A DNA stretch of 64,000 bases from Planctomycetota bacterium. Its GTDB lineage: Bacteria; Planctomycetota; UBA11346. The stretch covers positions 1-64,000 of the forward strand of contig JBBRLJ010000003.1 in assembly GCA_038231435.1 (NCBI GenBank). Reading direction: 5' to 3'. The notes beneath the pieces were generated by a model. It did not search any database. It had not been told where the DNA came from and was given only the letters and a program-made list of their open reading frames with translations. Both the position numbers and the translations under genes were made by a program. This document shows positions 59,571 to 64,000 of this stretch, piece after piece; the first letter of the stretch is position 1, and every line of letters starts with the position of its first letter.

Positions 59571-62500
59571 ATGCCCACTCCGCCAGTCCCCGCACCAGCC
59601 GACCCGAACCTGCCGATGCGCGGTCCGCTGACCACCTCGTTCATGCTCCATTGCGGGGTGTTCCTGGCGATCAACGCCCTGGCTTGGGCCAACGTGCGCA
59701 GCGTCCAACGTCAATCCGACGCCTTCATCGAGCACATCGCCAAGAAGGAGCGGCGCGACGCCGAACAGGCGCGCAAGGAGCAGGCTGACGCCGCCAAGGA
59801 CGCCGCGAAAAGCCAGCTCGCCATGGAGATGGCCGACATCATCGCGGCCGACGTGCGCTCACCGGATCTCGACCGCATCATGGCCATGACCACCGACGGG
59901 ATCTCGGACCTGTTCCAGGACCAGGACGGCGGAGCCGCCGACTACGATCAGGACCGGCTCGCAGCCCTCGATCGCGTCCAGGCCAATGCCGACCAGCTGC
60001 TGCGCGAGGCGCTGGTAGCGCAGGTGCGGCAGTACATCCGCGACCAGGTCGCTCCCGAGATCAAGGAGCGCATCGCGCACGAACTCAAGAACCAGACCGG
60101 TGGCGAGCTCGAGAAGACATTTGCGGGCAAGCTCCGCGAGGACAAGGCCAAGCGCCTGCACGAAGACGCCGGTGCTTTGCGCAAGCAGGCCGAGGAGCTC
60201 GGCCAGGAGCGCCGCGAGCTCGAACAGGCGCGCGGTGAGGCGGAACGTGGCGAGGCCAAACCGGCGGGCGAGCGCGCTGGCAAGGCGCGCGACGCCTTGG
60301 GCAAGACCGAGCAGGCCGTCGCGGCGAGCGCCGCGGCGGCCGCCCACGATGATCCGAGCCTGGCCAAGGACGCGGAAGCGGCCAAGGATTCCACCGCCGA
60401 GCGCGCCGCCGTCGATCAGGCCAGCGCGTCCGCTCCCGGCGAAAAGACCACAGCCGTCGCCGACCTCGCCGCCGCCGGCCAAGCGATCGAGCAGCGCGCC
60501 CAGGCACTGGGGAAACTGGCCCAGCAACTCGACGAGCATGCCAACAACCAACCGGGTTTCGACGGCCTCGAGCGGCGTATCGCCGCTGCCGCCAAGGACC
60601 AGGTCGACACCGCGCTGCGCGACCAGGTGGCGCGCGAGGTCACCGACAAGGCGATCCCCGAGGCAACCGACAAGATCATGCAGGCGGTGGGCAAGGACCT
60701 GGGGCAGCTCGGCATCAAGCAGGAGGAATTCGCCGGACTGCTCAAGCAGGATATCGCCAAGGCGCTCTCCGAGGGTCTCGGCGCACCCGACGCGTCAGCG
60801 GCCTGGTTGCGCACCGAGCAGGCGGTGGGGCTCGACGCCAGCCGTGGCATCGACGCCGCGCGTGACGCGGTATCCACAGCGGCCGAGAAGCTCGCGGCGC
60901 TGGCCCAGCGACAGGATGCGATCAAGGCCGTGGCGGATCACCCGATCAATGCCCAGGCGCCGCAGGAATCCGCTCTCGCCGACGATATCGCCACTGCCGA
61001 ACGCTCGGCGAAGGACGCGCTGACGACGACGCGCGAGGATTCCCTGGCCAGCGAGGCCGAGGTCGATCGCGGCCTCGAGCAGCTGCGCCACCATTCCTCC
61101 AGCGACCTCGCGGCGCATGCGGCGGCGGCGAGCAGGAACGGTAACGTCAGCGACGCCGCGCGCTTCATGGACGACACCGCGCGCACGCTGCGCGAATCGG
61201 CCGCCAAGCTCACGGAAGTCGCCGGCGCGCTCGATCGCGAGATCGCCGCGCGCGACGCGGCGGCGAAGGATCTGGCGGCGAAGATGGGACCGCTCGCGGC
61301 CAAATCCATGACCGGATCCCTGGACACGGGCGCGACGCAGAGCGCCGATGCGCTGGCAGCAGCCGGCAAGCAGGTGGTGTCGGCGAGCGCGAACCGCAGC
61401 GTCGACACCGCCGTCGGCCAATTCCAGGCCGGCAACGTCCTCGGCAACGCCGGGCGGCTCGCCCAGCTCAAGCAGCTGATGGAATCGGTGGCGCAAGCGA
61501 AGAAGAACGCCGCCGAGGGTCGCACCGGCGGCTCGCCCACCCTGTTCGGGGCGCCCGCGGGCGGCATGCGTGGCAAGGGCGTGGCCAAGGCGGCGCTGGT
61601 GCGCTTCAATCGCGACGCGTACGAAGCCTTCGTGAAAGACCTGCGCAGCCGCACCAATCCCGGCAACGCCTATGCGCCGGTCGCCGAAGTCACCGGGATC
61701 GACAGCGTCGCCGAGCCCGAAAGCGGCCCTTTCCCCGCCGTGGTCTACGCTCCCGCCAAGGACCAGGCTAAGGGCCAGGCGACCGACGCCGCCAATAGCC
61801 AAAAGAGCCCCACGAGCCCCAAGCCGCCCGAACGGAAGGTCGAGGAGCCCACCTACAAGCACGTCGCCTTCGGCTGCGCAGCAATGGTCGAGCATCCTAT
61901 CGTCATCGATGGCGATCTCGGCGATTGGGGCGAGCTCACCCATCCGATGGCGATGCAGTACGGCGTGCAGGACGCGAACGCCAGGATCGAGAACGGCACC
62001 AAGGTCTACATGCGCTGGTCGAACGACGGCCTTTATCTAGGATACGTCGTCCATGACGACGGCGGCGTTCAGCAGCCGTCGGCAAAGACGCCGTACATGG
62101 GCGACTGCCTCGAGTTCTTCATCGACATGGAGAACGGCCGCCGCGGAGCGATGGCGCAGAGCCAGTTCTCTCACCAGTTCATCTTCACGCCTTTCGGCTG
62201 CGCCGAGGAGGCGCGCGTCACGTTCTCCGAGATCGGCCGCAGCTTCCGTGGCCTGTCGCAATTCCAGCCGTATCCGGACACCGAGCGCAAGCGCGGCTGG
62301 TCCGCCGCCAAGCAGATCGCCGGTGGCTACAGCGTCGAATGCTTCGTGAAACGCCAGGCCCTGTCCAAGCCGGTGCTGGTGCCCGGCGCCTACCTGGCCA
62401 TCAACTTCTCGGTGAACATCGACGCCCAGGAAGCCCACCAGACGCAATGGTCGGCCTCGAAGGCGATCAACAGCTGGGACAAGCCGGACACCTGGGGCGA

Positions 62501-62933
62501 CGTGCTGCTCCTCGGCGCAGACGCCTCGGTGCGAGCGCTGACCCTCGACGCCAAGCCACTCGAGCGCGTCATCCCCGGGCAGGCGGTGATGGTCGAGATC
62601 ACCGACCCTGACATGGACCTGGATCCCGCGCACGAAGACCGCGTCATGGCCACGGTCGGCGTGAAGGATGCGGTGGACCAGGTGATGATGGTGCTCAAGG
62701 AGACCGGGCCCGACACCGGCGTGTTCCGTGGTTCACTCAACACCCAGCTCTATCTCGACGAAGCCAGGAAGAACACCGTCAGCATCCGACCCGGAGACGT
62801 TCTCGAGATCGGCTACGACGATCCGCGCGCCGCCTATGGCGAGCAGCACCGGCGTGTGGCCGCGGATCTGCCCGTCGCGCACCCGGTCATCACCTTGTCG
62901 CTGCGCCAGACTCCGGCACCCTCACCCCAATAA
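59571..62933 (+). CDS. TolA/TonB-like anchored helical protein with a CBM9/DOMON-like C-terminal domain
   Basis: N-terminal TM with S-x3-H, about 600 aa Ala/Glu/Lys-rich helix, IDGDLGDW...W.NDGLY...GDCLEFFID; upstream of exbB/exbD-type genes. Confidence 0.7.
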   Translation: MPTPPVPAPADPNLPMRGPLTTSFMLHCGVFLAINALAWANVRSVQRQSDAFIEHIAKKERRDAEQARKEQADAAKDAAKSQLAMEMADIIAADVRSPDLDRIMAMTTDGISDLFQDQDGGAADYDQDRLAALDRVQANADQLLREALVAQVRQYIRDQVAPEIKERIAHELKNQTGGELEKTFAGKLREDKAKRLHEDAGALRKQAEELGQERRELEQARGEAERGEAKPAGERAGKARDALGKTEQAVAASAAAAAHDDPSLAKDAEAAKDSTAERAAVDQASASAPGEKTTAVADLAAAGQAIEQRAQALGKLAQQLDEHANNQPGFDGLERRIAAAAKDQVDTALRDQVAREVTDKAIPEATDKIMQAVGKDLGQLGIKQEEFAGLLKQDIAKALSEGLGAPDASAAWLRTEQAVGLDASRGIDAARDAVSTAAEKLAALAQRQDAIKAVADHPINAQAPQESALADDIATAERSAKDALTTTREDSLASEAEVDRGLEQLRHHSSSDLAAHAAAASRNGNVSDAARFMDDTARTLRESAAKLTEVAGALDREIAARDAAAKDLAAKMGPLAAKSMTGSLDTGATQSADALAAAGKQVVSASANRSVDTAVGQFQAGNVLGNAGRLAQLKQLMESVAQAKKNAAEGRTGGSPTLFGAPAGGMRGKGVAKAALVRFNRDAYEAFVKDLRSRTNPGNAYAPVAEVTGIDSVAEPESGPFPAVVYAPAKDQAKGQATDAANSQKSPTSPKPPERKVEEPTYKHVAFGCAAMVEHPIVIDGDLGDWGELTHPMAMQYGVQDANARIENGTKVYMRWSNDGLYLGYVVHDDGGVQQPSAKTPYMGDCLEFFIDMENGRRGAMAQSQFSHQFIFTPFGCAEEARVTFSEIGRSFRGLSQFQPYPDTERKRGWSAAKQIAGGYSVECFVKRQALSKPVLVPGAYLAINFSVNIDAQEAHQTQWSASKAINSWDKPDTWGDVLLLGADASVRALTLDAKPLERVIPGQAVMVEITDPDMDLDPAHEDRVMATVGVKDAVDQVMMVLKETGPDTGVFRGSLNTQLYLDEARKNTVSIRPGDVLEIGYDDPRAAYGEQHRRVAADLPVAHPVITLSLRQTPAPSPQ

Positions 62934-63022
62934 CCAGCACGCGACCTCCGACCATCCGGGCCACTGCCCAGCCAGGCTCTCAGCCAAATCCCAGCCAGAC
63001 TCTCGAAGAAGGATCATTCCAG

Positions 63023-63913
63023 ATGCGAATCACCATGCGATCGATCACGCGCCTCGTCGCCATGCTCGTGCTCACCGCCCTCGTCGGCGGCGCGAGCCGC
63101 GCGGCCGACGCTCCGGCTGCGGCGGTTCCCGCCCCGGTCTCCACTCATACTGCGGACGCCACGGCTGCCACAGCCTCCAGGGCTCCGGCTTCGACCAAGG
63201 CGGCTGAAGTCAGCGAAGGCAAGGGCGACCCCGGATTCAACGTGGTGGGCGAGGTCTTCTCGTGGGGCATGACGCCGCTGTGGATCTGCTCGTTCATTCT
63301 CGTCGCGATGGTGATCGAGCGCACGCGCTCGCTCAAGCCCGAGCGCGTGCTCGATCCGAAGATGGTCGACGAGGTCGCCACCCTGGTCGGCGACCTGAAG
63401 CTGACCGAAGCGCAGAGCCGAGCCGAGAGCTCGGGCACGGTGATCGGCAAGGCCTGGGCCCAGGGCCTGCACGAATTCTCGCTCGGTGGCGTGCCGTTCG
63501 CCGAGGCGCTGACCAACTCAACGGTCCTCGCCTTCAAGCCACTGAAACGCAACCTCCAGGGCATCGCCACCATCGGCGTGATCTGCCCGCTGTTCGGCCT
63601 GCTCGGCACCATCGTGGGCATGATCATCACCTTCACCCACATCTCCGCGGCGGGCGGCGCCAACAAGTCGGCGATCGCCGGCGGCATCGCCTTCGCGCTG
63701 GTCAAGACCGCCGGTGGCCTGGTGGTGGCGATCCCGGCGATCGTCGCTGGGCGTTACTTCCAGGGCCGTCTCGGCGGCTTCGCGGTGCAGGCCGAGGCGG
63801 CGATCAACCGCATCAACTACCGCCACAGCCATGGCCTGTCGCTGTCGCGCAAGGGCGGCTCCGATGCCGCCGAGCCGGCGCCGGTGTCGTTGGCGATGGC
63901 TGGGAGGATCTGA
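63023..63913 (+). CDS. MotA/TolQ/ExbB proton channel family protein
   Basis: IATIGVICPLFGLLGTIVGMI.TF, IAGGIAFALVKTAGGLVVAIPA. Start could be 63035. Confidence 0.93.
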   Translation: MRITMRSITRLVAMLVLTALVGGASRAADAPAAAVPAPVSTHTADATAATASRAPASTKAAEVSEGKGDPGFNVVGEVFSWGMTPLWICSFILVAMVIERTRSLKPERVLDPKMVDEVATLVGDLKLTEAQSRAESSGTVIGKAWAQGLHEFSLGGVPFAEALTNSTVLAFKPLKRNLQGIATIGVICPLFGLLGTIVGMIITFTHISAAGGANKSAIAGGIAFALVKTAGGLVVAIPAIVAGRYFQGRLGGFAVQAEAAINRINYRHSHGLSLSRKGGSDAAEPAPVSLAMAGRI

Positions 63914-63914
63914 C

Positions 63915-64000
63915 GTGCAGAAGAGCCTGACCTCCGAGCTCGAGGAATACGACGATCGCGCGGATCTCATCCCGATGATCGACTGCGTATTCCTGATGCT
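63915..64000 (+). CDS. ExbD/TolR family protein, partial (runs off the window)
   Basis: GTG start after GGAGG; translates to ...DLIPMIDCVFLM, the ExbD TM signature. Confidence 0.85.
   Translation, partial: MQKSLTSELEEYDDRADLIPMIDCVFLM

Overview
GC-rich bacterial chromosomal window with about 41 CDS. The gene content (DUF1844, MoxR-DUF58-BatA/VWA operon, several PhyH and AraC genes, a Cys-containing C-terminal sorting tail) suggests a Planctomycetota-like organism; this is an inference. Housekeeping genes (mnmE, yidC, cysS, cysD/cysNC, PNP, pepA, uxaC, typA) are mixed with carbohydrate-active, envelope and regulatory genes. I saw no rRNA, tRNA, CRISPR array, transposase or integrase. The strongest unexplained signal is a dispersed intergenic element with a 95-96 nt core, present as six complete and three partial copies. 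Its sequence diverges between loci, but its multi-stem fold is kept by compensatory changes around invariant GCCGA/GACAAA loop strands, and it usually abuts stop codons in antisense orientation. Other notable items: a second covarying REP-like family; a 1120-aa TolA/TonB-anchored protein ending in a CBM9-like domain ahead of exbB/exbD-type genes; a CysRS with a duplicated C-terminal domain; a GH74-like propeller with an apparently circularly permuted CBM; and a PAP2-ArnT fusion. All product calls come from motifs recognised by eye, and start codons are my best estimates.
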